From: Calcarisporiella thermophila CBS 279.70
Lineage: Eukaryota > Fungi > Calcarisporiellomycota
Reading direction: 5' to 3'
Assembly: GCF_041956535.1 (NCBI RefSeq)
Contig: NW_027192197.1
Coordinates: forward strand, 321,829 to 385,828
Length of the DNA: 64,000 nt
Numbering within the stretch: position 1 is the stretch's first letter; each line of letters begins with the position of its first letter. Of this stretch, positions 21,524-33,331 are shown piece by piece. A program made the translations under genes and the position numbers. Below the pieces are notes generated by a model. It was given only the letters and a program-made list of their open reading frames with translations, was not told the DNA's origin and did no database searches.

Positions 21524-24486
21524 CTAATGCATCTTCGATCCATCTTGATCTAAAAGATTCTTTAAAAGATCGCTTATCACTGGTAGACGACGCTCTTCTT
21601 CTTGAAGTCGCTCCTTCAGTATATCATCCGCACTATCGCTTCTTTCAAATTCATTCAATTGCTCGATAATTTGCATTCTTCGATCCTCCACCATGCCTAC
21701 TAGCTTCCGAAATTGATAAAAGAGGCATTCAGCGCGTTGTAATGACTCTTCGAGATTAATCGTCATTGACAAGTCATTGATATACTAATAAATGGCGTTT
21801 TAGTTTTTTTTTTTTTTCAAAGTAGATATCCTCATACGCCCAATACCTTTAATATTTCATCAAATTCCTTCAGGTGATCAATAATCACGTCTCGGTGTTG
21901 CTCAAGTATGGCCAGCGCGAAAAACAGATGGAATTGTGTACTCAGATGATCGGACCAGAGCACTTCCCAAAGCCGCATTACGTCTTCCCATGCAAATTCC
22001 CGTTTGAACCAAATCAATAGCCATCGAAAGATGAAGAAAAGATTGAGGGATTCGGATTTTTCTATTTATATTGCACACTGTTTAGAAAAGTAAAAATTAA
22101 AGAGATTTATAGTTCAATCTATACCTAAGTGTTTATAAAGGCGCGGATCCAGGAATTGAATGAGGTGGTCCATTGTCATTAACTGACAGTGCATTCCAGA
22201 CTGATCTCGGTAGAAGTTGGATTTCTAGATGCAGCAATAGTTTTAGGTTACGCTAGTGGAGAAGCAGCAAAATAATAATTTACCATCCGCTCCATAAATC
22301 CTACAAAACACCAGAATGCATCAACTTCATTGCCCATAACTGCGAATATCGGAGCAAGAAGATCACTCATTCCTTGAACATAGCCTTTGTAATCAAATTA
22401 GATTAGTTCAAAAAGAATATCTCTAATATGAGTATTTCTTACCAAGATCGGTATTGTAAAAATTGTATGTAATTAAAATATCTTTTAAAATCTCAAGGTG
22501 CATATTGGTACCACCTGCTGTGCTTTCGGGATCAGGATTAGGCATATCTTCTCCAGCATAGAAGGGAATAGTGCGGTCTGTTCGGATAACATCTTTTTCT
22601 TTTGAAAAATATATTATCGAAATCAGAACCTGATAATTGTTGAATGGAAATAAGAGATTCATACCAATTCGATGCTTTTGCTCTTTGAATTCAGGTTTCT
22701 GGCGCTCATCTGGGTCATCCCACCATATAGACTTAAGTTTCCAATATCTTTCTGCTTTCTCGCGACGTATAGCAGAACGCTCAGACTCGCTAGAATCCCA
22801 CGGGTATATGCCGAGAAAATATTTCCATACCTCGATTCGTAAGCTGCTGTTGATTCCCTGAAAATTAAAAAAAAAAAAATATTCAGAGAATTACTACTCT
22901 ACACAGAACAAGCAAAAAATTTACCCCTCGAAAAACAGCCTCTTGAACCTCCGTAACCGGAACTTTTAACCTCCCGCTATCATCAAAAAAGGATAGCCAC
23001 TGATCTTCTTTGAGCTCACTAGTTCGAGTATGCGTCAAATCTGATGAAATAGAATCATTCTATATAATAGTAACTTAGTGTCATATAATTAGCAGAGAAA
23101 AGGCAATAATGACTACATTTAGCACTTCGAAGACTCCTAGTTCAGTCTCCTCCTCCCATTCAAGTCCTCTCCACAAAGAGAAATGACTAGAGTTGCCTAG
23201 AGCAGAATGACCAATGGCTATGCGAGAACTTTCAGCGGCAGAGTGAGCAGCAGCACCAGCAGCCCATTTCGCAAGATATACTCGAGCACTATCATATTCT
23301 TCCATGACTCGCTGCGCTTGGTCAGATTGCGAAAGAGATTGTATTGCTGAAGGAAGTAAAGGCACAATAGGGCGCGTAAATGGGTGATCCAAAATGGTAG
23401 CTATAAATAAAATGCGTTTGTCAATTGTTCAATAAATTCCAATACACACTTTGTTTACCAGCAGCATCTCGGGAAAAGCGCGCAACTTTGGAAAACCTTT
23501 CTAATATATTCCAGCGTACTTCTTTCACTGCCTAAACTCATAATTAGTTTGATAACTTGATATATAATTCTTTATAAAAAAATATATACCGCCATAAGCG
23601 GGTCCATTTGAAAAGGCTCGTAGCTATCTGCTGGTTTAGTCTGTTGTCTCTCTACAGAAGTCTCCGGGAATCCTGAAGTATTATCCATGGTAGATCCTTG
23701 GGAAAGTTTTTGAGAGCGTTTAGTTTCGATCAGAAACAGATTCGACTCGGATTCAGATCTAATATAAAAATATTGTAACAAAATAAATGAAGCATGTAAT
23801 ATCTATAATTAATACCTAATAACCCGAACAATTTTTTCCAAATAGTTCATAAAATCTTCACCCCCCCATTTGAGGGCAATTTCGCGGTTATAACGATGCT
23901 TATTGTGGGCAATCGTACTTAAACTCTCATCATCATGGAACCATAGTGGACCTAAAGAATCGCCTAGCTTGCGATTAACGATTAAAGATCCATACCACCG
24001 TGAAAGCGATGGTGGGAGTACACGGATGGAAAGGATATCCTCAAATGGGATTGAAAAGCCGTATTTTGTAGTATGAAATGATGGTAACAGTAGAGGAGAT
24101 GTTATGAGTAAAGAACTCTCTAATAAAAAATAAATATCTCAATAAATCTGACATGTGTAATAAAAATTGGTTTTCATTTGCCTCTTAAAATATCTGCATT
24201 ATCAGAATCTATCTCTACGCGCACATACGAATCCTGGTCATTGGAAGGAACTAATGATTCAGGCACAAATGCCAGCAAATACTTTCCTGGAGACTAAAAT
24301 AATGGTGATTAATGAAACTTGAAAGAAATTACAAGAATTTGCCATTACTTCTTCTACGACACATAAAAAACCAGGCACATTGTCACGAGCATCATTTGAA
24401 GGGTGAATATAGACCTTTGATTTAGAGAAAACTAGGCGAACACGACTATCAACTTCAAGGTTCTCGGAACGAGTAGTGTCAACCAT
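21524..24486 (-). CDS. GYP7: Rab7 GTPase-activating protein (TBC1D15/17 family)
   Basis: LVFSKSKVYIHP, LWFHDDE, RWNILERFSKVARF, EEYDSARVYLAKWA, EKDVIRTDR, GYVQGMSDLL, FRWLLIWFKREF. Multi-exon, with a probable GC-AG intron at 24181-24120. Confidence 0.93.
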
Positions 24487-25295
24487 CTATTTAGTTTGCA
24501 GTTAAAAACCACCGCAATCATGAGAGTCAAAGAAAAAATTGAAGAATACTAACCGCTAAATTCGACAGCTGAAACGAAAACTCATCCAATTCATGCATAT
24601 TATTTGATGTCGGTCTGAAGGGTGGTGTTGGAGAATTGCTTGGCCCGCCGCCCATTAGGAAAATATATAATCTCGCCTAGAAGTGGTATCTATTAGATTA
24701 AAGGCAACTGATTTCTTGGCTAAGTATAAAATTGAGTTGCCCTCAACATATGCTACGCCTCCTCTTTTTGATTTACCCCTCGTGTGTTTCTTATCGTTTC
24801 TTTACTGCTACTCTTCCGTAAGGAAAAAGAGAAGTTGAATATTCTTAGAATTTCAACCACAGATATTAATTTGAGAATTTCCATCATCTTTTTTGAATAT
24901 ATCTTTTCAGCAAGAAGCTTTTTCCCTTATTCTGGAGAAATTTCTTCTTGCTATTTTATTCATATTTACTTTAATTATTTTATTTTATTATTCTCAATTT
25001 TACTATTTTTCTGATTATAAATTTCTTGATTTTTTGATAATTCTGATTCTTGTTAATTTATTCAATATGGAGAACATCACCCCTGCCTCTTTATAAATGG
25101 AGTCACTCGCGTGTTTTTTGCTAGTCGCTCTACTGCGTTACAAGACGACCCTCCTGGGCATTCTTTCACCACAATTACTGCTTGATCTGGTTATTTCAGA
25201 TCACTTTTTCATTATTGATCCACTCGCTATATATTTGTTACCGAGCGCTTGTCGAATTGCACTTTCTAAACATCCTAGCGGTAGTAATCTAAAAA

Positions 25296-27801
25296 ATGAA
25301 CGCCAACGCTGCGCCGTTTGTACCATCAACAGGCCAATTAAAGAGAGACCCTACGACTGGTCCTTCATTTTCTCGCTCGGCGATTACTTCCCAGCCTAAT
25401 AGCGGGCGCGGGGCAACTCACACCGGTCAAGCTGGTTGGTTTCTTTATCAAATCATATCTTGGATGTTATCTAATTTTTGCTTTCTAATTCAGAAAATAC
25501 TAAAAAATCTTCGCGATATCGTGCTGCTCGATCTCAGCAGAAAAATCCAGCCAGTATCTTGCAGGAATCCTCTGGCGAAAACAGCCAAAACAGAGAGGTA
25601 TACATCGAAAATTCCAATCTGAATAATTCTTCTACACAGGTAAAATATCAGATTATAATAAGTATGCGTCCGTGGCTAATAATTTACAATATTTAGCTGA
25701 GTGGTTCGCCTTCAAAAAAAGAAAAAGTGTCGCTGAATCATCTACTCAATTTTTCACTTCCGCCTCGCCAACGTCTGCCTACAAATCTTCCAACACGGCG
25801 GATGCGTAATTCCAATTACCAACCTTTTAACAAGGAACGTTTTGTGAACGCGAAGTATGATGTTTAATTATATTTCTCTTATTCGTAACCTATTGCTGAA
25901 TTTTATCAATCGTAGTTTTCGATTTGTAGTTAAAGCATCTGGCAGCTATGCTGTACAACTTTTTGATCCTGATGTTCGGCTGGAGTGGAATGACGTGGAA
26001 CAAGTGGTATGCAGAAGATTATCACTTATCTATAGTCATACTCTTATCAAATTTTATTTGCACTGTACTAGATTGTTCCCACTCATACAACTCCAAATTG
26101 CCCAATATGTCTTACCACTCCTCTTAGTGCTGGGAGAATTACAAAGTGTGGCCACACGTTTTGCTTCCCATGCATCCTACACTATTTAGACATAAATGAA
26201 ACTAAAAAAGCCTGGCGCAAGTGCCCTATTTGCTGGGACGCTATTTATGTCAAAGATCTCAAATGTGTTCGATTTTGGAAAGTTCATTCACAAATTAAAG
26301 CCGGAGATGGTGGGCTCGTAAATAGTGGAGAAAGACTTACCATGCGTCTAATGTTGCGCCATTCGGTATTATCAACGTATTTAACAATTTTTTTTCAAGA
26401 TGTTCTAACAACTTTCTTCATTTAATTTGTAAAGACCTCAACAATCGCGCTTCCTCGTTCTCCGACTTGGCCTCAACCTAAAAAAGAAAATCGCATTGAG
26501 GCATATGATTCTCCTCCTTGGCACTTTACACCAGATGCTCTCATATTCTCGAAATTTATGCTTGCTTCTGGCGGGTACATGACTGATCAACTCAAGCGCG
26601 ATATAGCTGAGTTAAATGCCACAATCCTTGAGGCAAATGCTTTGGGTGATACTTCTGAAGTTCCATATATTGAGATGGCCACTCGATTTGTTCGCGATCA
26701 GCTTGCATTAGTAGCTTCAGGGACCAATAGCGAAGTTTTAGAACTGCAACGTTATGCAGAAGAAATGATTGAGGAGGCCACTGCGCCCACAAATATTCAA
26801 CGCGGTTATTCGCGCACCGAAACAACTACAACTGAAAATGCCCCCGAATTTTACCATCTCATCGCTTCTCAGCAACATCCACATTCCACACACGAAGCCA
26901 ATGAATCGAAGCGCGGTACAGGACTCGCTTCAAAATTGTCGACGATCGAATATTACTATTTCCAGGCTGAAGATGGGCAATATATATACCTTCATCCTCT
27001 CGATATACGCATCCTCAAGCAACATTTTGGTACATATGAAAATTTTCCGGATGAAATCAGTATCAAAGTGTGCGGAGTTGAGGAGTCAACAATGAATGAG
27101 GTTAGATCTATCTTTTTTTTTTCCTACTTTATACCTAATTTATATTACGACAATAGGAGTTGCGTAAAAAATGCAAATATCTTTCGCATCTTCCTCTGAG
27201 CTGCGATGTCACATTTATAGAGGCAGATTTGAAAGGAATTGTATCAAATCAAGTTCTGAATGGGTTTGCAAGTAAATATTGAGGATAGATTGTAATCTTC
27301 AATCATCAAGTGCACTGAATTAACTTATTTCTAGATGAGCTCAAACAACGCCGTAATCGTCGTAAAGAGAAAGCGAAAAAGGAGGAGCGTCGTCGTCTTG
27401 TTGTTGAGGAACGCAAACGTTTAGAACAGACAGCTCGGGACCATTACAATGAGCAACACTTCAACGATTCGTTCAGTCGTAATACTCCCACAAGCTCGGC
27501 TTCCATAGCTTTTGATCAAGAAACCTTCTCTACCGTACAAGATCCAGAGATATTTCATTTATCAGAGGAAGAGGATGCCGCGACTTCATATGCCAATATT
27601 GCGCAATCTCGAACTGTGCAAACTGACAGATCTGACGCACCGCGGACGGTATGGGGCACCCCCGCAATTGTTTCCAATGTTTCAGACTCCAACACACCAG
27701 AACCTCAGTCTTCAGCCGAGAATGAGCCAATGGTTGTTAATCGTAATGGGAAAAAGAAATTGGTTTTATTTAGTACAAATAGCAGACGTGCTATAAGCTA
27801 G
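25296..27801 (+). CDS. MAG2: RING E3 ligase Mag2/RNF10 (uS3 ubiquitination)
   Basis: VSLNHLLNFSLPPR, FNKERFVNANFRFVV, RING CPIC...TKCGHTFCFPCILHYL...CPIC, YYFQAEDGQYIYLHPLDIRIL, C-terminal GKKKLVLFSTN. Confidence 0.92.
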
Positions 27802-27991
27802 CACTAGGTTTGAATTAGTTGTTTCGGGAACTTGACTTTATTGTCTAGATAGTTAATATTATTTTCAGTTTATAAGTATATGATTTTGGCTATTTGATAT
27901 TTACCGCCTTTTAAATATGAGCTGCATGTGATAAATATAGCTTTTTTTTATAACAAAATCCTCTGATAACATTATTTCTCATCGAAACTTT

Positions 27992-28834
27992 ATGTCCACT
28001 GGAGATACAATGCATCCTTTAGCAATTGCAAAAACTCTCGGCCCTAAAACTCCCTTTCTTGATCATCTAGTCCGCTTCCTGAACTCAGTTCGCGGAACAG
28101 ATAAAGTTTTGATGGTAAATTATGGTTCTCTAATCACACCCATACAATTGAAAATTCATCTTGCCAATGTGAAATAGTTTATACAGTATTTTTCTAAAAT
28201 ACTTATCTGGTATCTGCGTCGAAGATCCACTGCTATCAAAACTGTTAATGTTCAATCGCTACCTCTAGATGCCAGAATAACTAATCTAGCTGGACCGATC
28301 GCTGATTTCCGAATTTTGCTACGATATTATGGACTTCTTCCAATGATACAGTATATGAATCAACTAGAGCATTCTACCCCACCTAGTGCATTACATCTGG
28401 AGTTGGAGAGATGGGCTAATCTTTTCAATGTATGCTACTATCCTCTTGAGCATCTCTACTGGCTCGGGTCACATGGTGTAATCCCAATGAAAGAGAACAC
28501 TACTAATCGCATAGGAATATGGAGCTGCAGATTCTGGGCTGCAGCTGTTATATTGGAGCTTGCACGTTTGTGGGAGCAGTATCGACTGTGGCTTCTAAGA
28601 AAAAGGGCTGTTTTGAAACGTTTTGAGAATGAAGAAGAAGTCGCAAATGAAATGAAAAGCTTGGAGACGGAGAAAAAACAAATGTTACTAAACACCGTAA
28701 TCAATGCTAGCTATCTCCCACTCACTGCACATTGGTCTATTGAATCAGGATTAATATCAGATGTTTGGGTTGGCATCTTTGGTACAGTGGCATCTGTGTG
28801 TCAGTTATATACTGCCTGGAAAGCATCAGCATAG
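27992..28834 (+). CDS. PEX11: Peroxisomal biogenesis factor 11 family protein
   Basis: LVRFLNSVRGTDKVLM|FIQY, IADFRILLRYYGLLP, YYPLEHLYWL, WSCRFWAA, YLPLTAHWS. Two exons. Confidence 0.88.
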
Positions 28835-29010
28835 GATGAAGTTACATGTTTTTCCCCTTTTCTTTATGATATATAAAACTAATTAATAGAAGTGTTTCAT
28901 TTATCTTTCACTCAAGGGGCAATAGAACTATTTTCTTATTTTTAATGATAGCAATTATGAGCAAATGATACATTATTTAATGGCAAAATGAAAACGAATG
29001 TTTGTTATAA

Positions 29011-29631
29011 TCATTCTCCATGTTTCAGTACGCGTACAAACTCACGGTAGTTAAAATTGCCATGCCTATCGACGGGAGCACCTTTAAACACAATGTCCAC
29101 CTATATCACAAAATATCTTTTAAAGTCCAGCTTTGCATAATTCAATTTCTTTTTGTATATCCATACCTCTTCATCTGTGAATCTGTCACCCATCGTAGTC
29201 ATAAATTCACGAAGATCATCTGCATTAATCAGACCACTTTTATCTTCGTCAAAGCATTCAAAAGCTTGCAAGATTTCATGTTCAGGATCAGTGCCGCTTA
29301 ATTTTTCACCCATTAAAGTTAGAAACATGGTAAAGTTGATGCTTCCAGGCGCTTCATTGAGCATGCTTTCGATATATTCATCGCGCATATTTTGCCCTAA
29401 TGAAGAAAATACTTCTCGCAAATCGTCTTTATCAAGGAATCCATCGTTATCCTGATCTAACATAGCAAATGCTTCCTTAAATTCCATAATTTGCTTTTGA
29501 TCAAACATCGAAAAGACATTGGAATTTTGGCGGATTGTGCGATGTTTCCGGTGCTGACGAGCAGACTTAAAACCAGATATCAAATGTAAGTGAAGGTCGT
29601 CCTAATAAACAATTTTAAACCTAGTTACCAT
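29011..29631 (-). CDS. Myosin II regulatory light chain (EF-hand)
   Basis: ATG-only first exon, then [33 protein letters not shown]...[24 protein letters not shown]...[12 protein letters not shown]|D...FVRVLKHGE. Confidence 0.95.
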
Positions 29632-30253
29632 TACTTATTTCCTAATAATTTCGTTTGTGTAAGAGCACGATCGGTTTTTTAAGGAGAGAGATGGTGACAC
29701 TTTTAGAAGAATCAGCCGCGTATAAATTTTCTGCTCAAAAACGCGTAATTTATGAAATATTTACCAATATGGAAACACCTATTATTATAGAAATAAGAAA
29801 ATATATCTAACCTGCACTTTTTAATCCCTAAATTACTGACTACAGATTTTAGTTTAATTTTAGTTTATCGTATTTATATAATTGCTCGCAATAAAATATT
29901 CTGTTCAGAGTTAAACTTGAGCTAGTTCATCGCTACGCATGATTTTGGCTTATACGCATCATTTTTGTGCAAAATGGCTACAACCTGCCATTCTAGTGTT
30001 ATATGAGCATGTGTTTTCATAGGAAATGTATGAAGATGTTCGTTTGATATCTGTAAGTTTGCCTAAATTTTTGGTACCAAAAAAGTCAAATTTTTAAAAA
30101 TCTATGTAAAATGTTTAACTTTTTATTCACATCAGATAACTGACTCTATATCAAAAAAAAAATACACAAACAAAAGATGCGAAAGTACTTAGACTGGTGT
30201 ATATGTATATTTATATTGTATATATAAGATACATAAAACTGAGAGGATACACG

Positions 30254-31251
30254 CTAATAGAGATGGGTAGAGTTATTGCCCTTAGGTTTTTTAATCTTCT
30301 CGAGATTCTTTAAAATAGAGTCATAAAGAACTGCATATGAATTGCGAATTTCTTCAAAACTTAATCGCCAATTAACAAAATCTTTCTGATCAAGATAGGA
30401 AATGGACCTATAGAAAAAAAGGTAGAGTTTATAAATAAAACATGTATTACACTAAATAATCCAATTCATACCGTTGATAATCTTCCACATTTGGGTATTT
30501 TATCAGTTTGCTAAAAGAAAAAGCAAAGAGTTAAATTTCAAATTAATCTGGTACAGCCTGGTGAAATCATTACCATGAAAGCTTGGCACGCGTGGCATAA
30601 TGTTTAGTAGCTGCATCTAGTATATTAACGGCAGAATCCTCGGCACGTGCGAGCTCAGATACAACCTCTATATGACATTAATTGATTTGCGTGCAAATCT
30701 TGGTAAACTTCGTATAACAAAATCAAATATTATATCAAATACCTTCTTGTATAGAAACCCCTAGGTTATCTCCATCCTCGATTCGTGGCATCTTAAATTA
30801 AAAATTACAAGAAATTTGAGAGAAAGATCATAATTAGACAAAAGATATGTGATCGTTCAACCTGAAGATGAATCCAGAGTCTGATTTTGCTTAATGTCTC
30901 AACTAGCTCCATTCCCTCTTTCTTCAACATTTCAAGGAGACGAGTCGTGCGAGGATTCGAATCAGCGTGTTGGAGATATATATGTGCTGAAGGGTTTTCG
31001 GATGGTACTTCGTTTGCTACTAAAGAGTTAAGCTTACGCTTCTTATTCGGTTCTTCCTCATTACAGCCGTTAACCAATTCAATTCCAGCAATGTCAAAAA
31101 GACCACCGCTTTTGGTTTCCTCATCTAGAATTCTGTTAAGCTCCAATAATTTTGATGGAAGCCGTACATGTATAAGTTCATCAGCAGTTCGGGCAAGATT
31201 ATCATAGAAATCTTGGACTTGGTTACGGATATCGGTTGGAGTTGAGGACAT
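30254..31251 (-). CDS. PSME3: Proteasome activator PA28 (PA28-gamma/REG-gamma-like)
   Basis: LWIHLQ|MPRIEDGDNLGVSIQEEVVSEL (activation loop), KYPNVEDY, EIRNSYAVLYDSILKNLEKIKKPKG, and an NLS-like PNKKRKL in the insert. Confidence 0.9.
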
Positions 31252-31408
31252 AATTTAGATGAAGAGAGCTATTATTTCAAGATCGCAAGTAATAATTTAA
31301 GAAACAAAATACTGCGCCATTGTATCACAATTTGCGGCTTAGAATAAAGGAGAAAACAAAGATAGCGCGTTAGTCCTCAGCTTCGGTGATCTTTAGTAAA
31401 ATCCAAAG

Positions 31409-31904
31409 ATGAATCGCTTCACTTCTTTCCGCCCAGCAGGACACTCCATTTTTCGTCAAGCCTTTAACTATTCACGTACTGCTCGTTTAGCTCCAGTATT
31501 GCTTACAAGGCTATACTCTGCCAGTAGTGGCCTCTCACAGTCAGATATTGAAGCAAGAATTTTGAATCTACTTAAATCTTATGATAAAGTGGATGAAAAT
31601 AAGGTAAAGCGAATATGATAATTTCAGTTTTTTATTTTCTTAATCTTCAAATTTTTTCTATTGAAGAATACGACTTTTAATTTTCATACAATATACTAAC
31701 AATGCTATTTTAATTTTCGGTCATTAGCTTAATGCCAATTCTCACTTCATCAACGATCTAGGACTCGATTCGCTAGATACCGTGGAAGTTATGATGGCAA
31801 TCGAAGAGGAGTTCTCTGTAGAAATTCCTGATAAAGATGCCGATGAAATTAAGACGGTTGAGCAAGCAATTAATTATATCGCTCATCGACAAGATGCTCA
31901 CTAG
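31409..31904 (+). CDS. ACP1: Mitochondrial acyl carrier protein (NDUFAB1)
   Basis: Arg/Ser-rich presequence, then [37 protein letters not shown]. Two exons. Confidence 0.96.
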
Positions 31905-32309
31905 TTGAATATTTGATATTGTTAAGATGAAATAGAATAATTAACATAACAATATATCAATATATATGCGCAAAATGCATAAAACTTAATACGAGTGTAG
32001 AGTAACCATAAATTTCTTTCACAGAAATTAGTTAATTATTACAAATGCTTACTTGCACACATACAAAAATGACCTAAGTGAATCCCTTATAGATATTTAT
32101 ATAGTAATAATTTTTTATAGCAGGTTTTAATTCATTATTTTGGGTACACCTACCTAAAATAGAAAGAATAATGTTGAAAGTCTATTTATCCAACAATTGA
32201 TCCATATACACGTTAAATCACCAAACTTCTGTCTGAATTTTTATTTAATTTCGTTCTTTACTATTCTTTTTATAAATTATTTCTGAAGTGTTCATTTACA
32301 ATTTTTAAA

Positions 32310-32994
32310 ATGTCTCATTTTAATGCGGAACAAAAATACATTCCATTACATGCTATGACTTCCTTTTCGAATGTTGATCAGCTTCATGTGCATCAATATA
32401 GTAGAGAAGCTTATGAACAAAAACCTGCAGGAAATCGCAAACGAAATAGAGTCAAAATATCTCTGGAAAATACAAGCGACGTGAATGATTGCAACAAAAA
32501 GTAGCTGTTCACTCTTCTAACTCGGTTGGTATATATTAGTTAATTAAATACATATTTCATTTAGTGCAATCATAAATGCTGAGCTCAGGTGAAAAGCCCA
32601 TATTCAATCGGAACAAAAGCGCAGAGCTCAGATTAAAAACGGCATTAATGAACTTCGGCAACATTTACCTGGTTGCATGAACAAAAAATTGACTAAAGCT
32701 GCTCTTCTTCACAGAAGTAACTCATATTATGGAATACCGTTTGCGACTTTTAGTCTCATCCAGTGACACTAATAATAGCAATTCAACATATCGAGCATAT
32801 ATCCAAGGTCCAAAGTAATCTCTTTGTTGAATTGGATCGGATGGCTAGAGAAAACCAAGAGCTCAAATGGTAATTTTTGTTTTAATACTGTTTTGGGATA
32901 ATTTCGAAACCTATTTGGCATTGTCCCTAGTCGTATCCATCAAGCTCTTCTCATGCAAAGAATCCCATCTGTGAACCAACCAGTCTCTAAATAA
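32310..32994 (+). pseudogene. bHLH-leucine zipper transcription factor (Mlx/Max/Ino4-like) interrupted by an in-frame TGA
   Basis: Four exons. NAELR*KAHIQSEQKRRAQIKNGINELRQHLPGCMNKKLTKAALLHRTIQHI...LDRMARENQELK, with TGA at 32590-32592 just before the basic region. Confidence 0.7.
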
Positions 32995-33331
32995 TTTTAC
33001 TAAGTCATAATATTATCAATTTTGTTTTCCAGTGTAAAATATTACCCTTCTCAAATTTCTTTTGCATAGTCAAATATCCCGAGATTAATTTCAATTTATC
33101 TCGATACCTGTTGAATAGTATACTTATCATTCTTTTGCATTCAATTTATTTTTGAATTTTTCATAATTTTTTGAGGGGGTGATTGCCTGATGTTCCTCTC
33201 GTAAGACAATAAATAGACTCTCGCCAGTTTAACGATAATAATAGCATAAAAACTTCAAGAACCATTAGGTTGTTCAACAACTCTCTGATTTCTATTAGAA
33301 TTGGTTAAAAAAATTATAATTGTACTCCAAA

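Noticed and set aside
24029-24040. ATATCCTTT on the minus strand resembling an AT-AC U12 donor
   Set aside because: It lies inside continuous GYP7 coding sequence (IPFEDILSIRV).
32590-32592. Selenocysteine reading of the bHLH in-frame TGA
   Set aside because: The position corresponds to Arg, not Cys; the family is not a redox enzyme; no SECIS recognised.
32310-32994. bHLH gene as the SREBP regulating the sterol gene pair
   Set aside because: The basic region is EQKRR, lacking the SREBP-diagnostic Tyr, and there are no TM segments.
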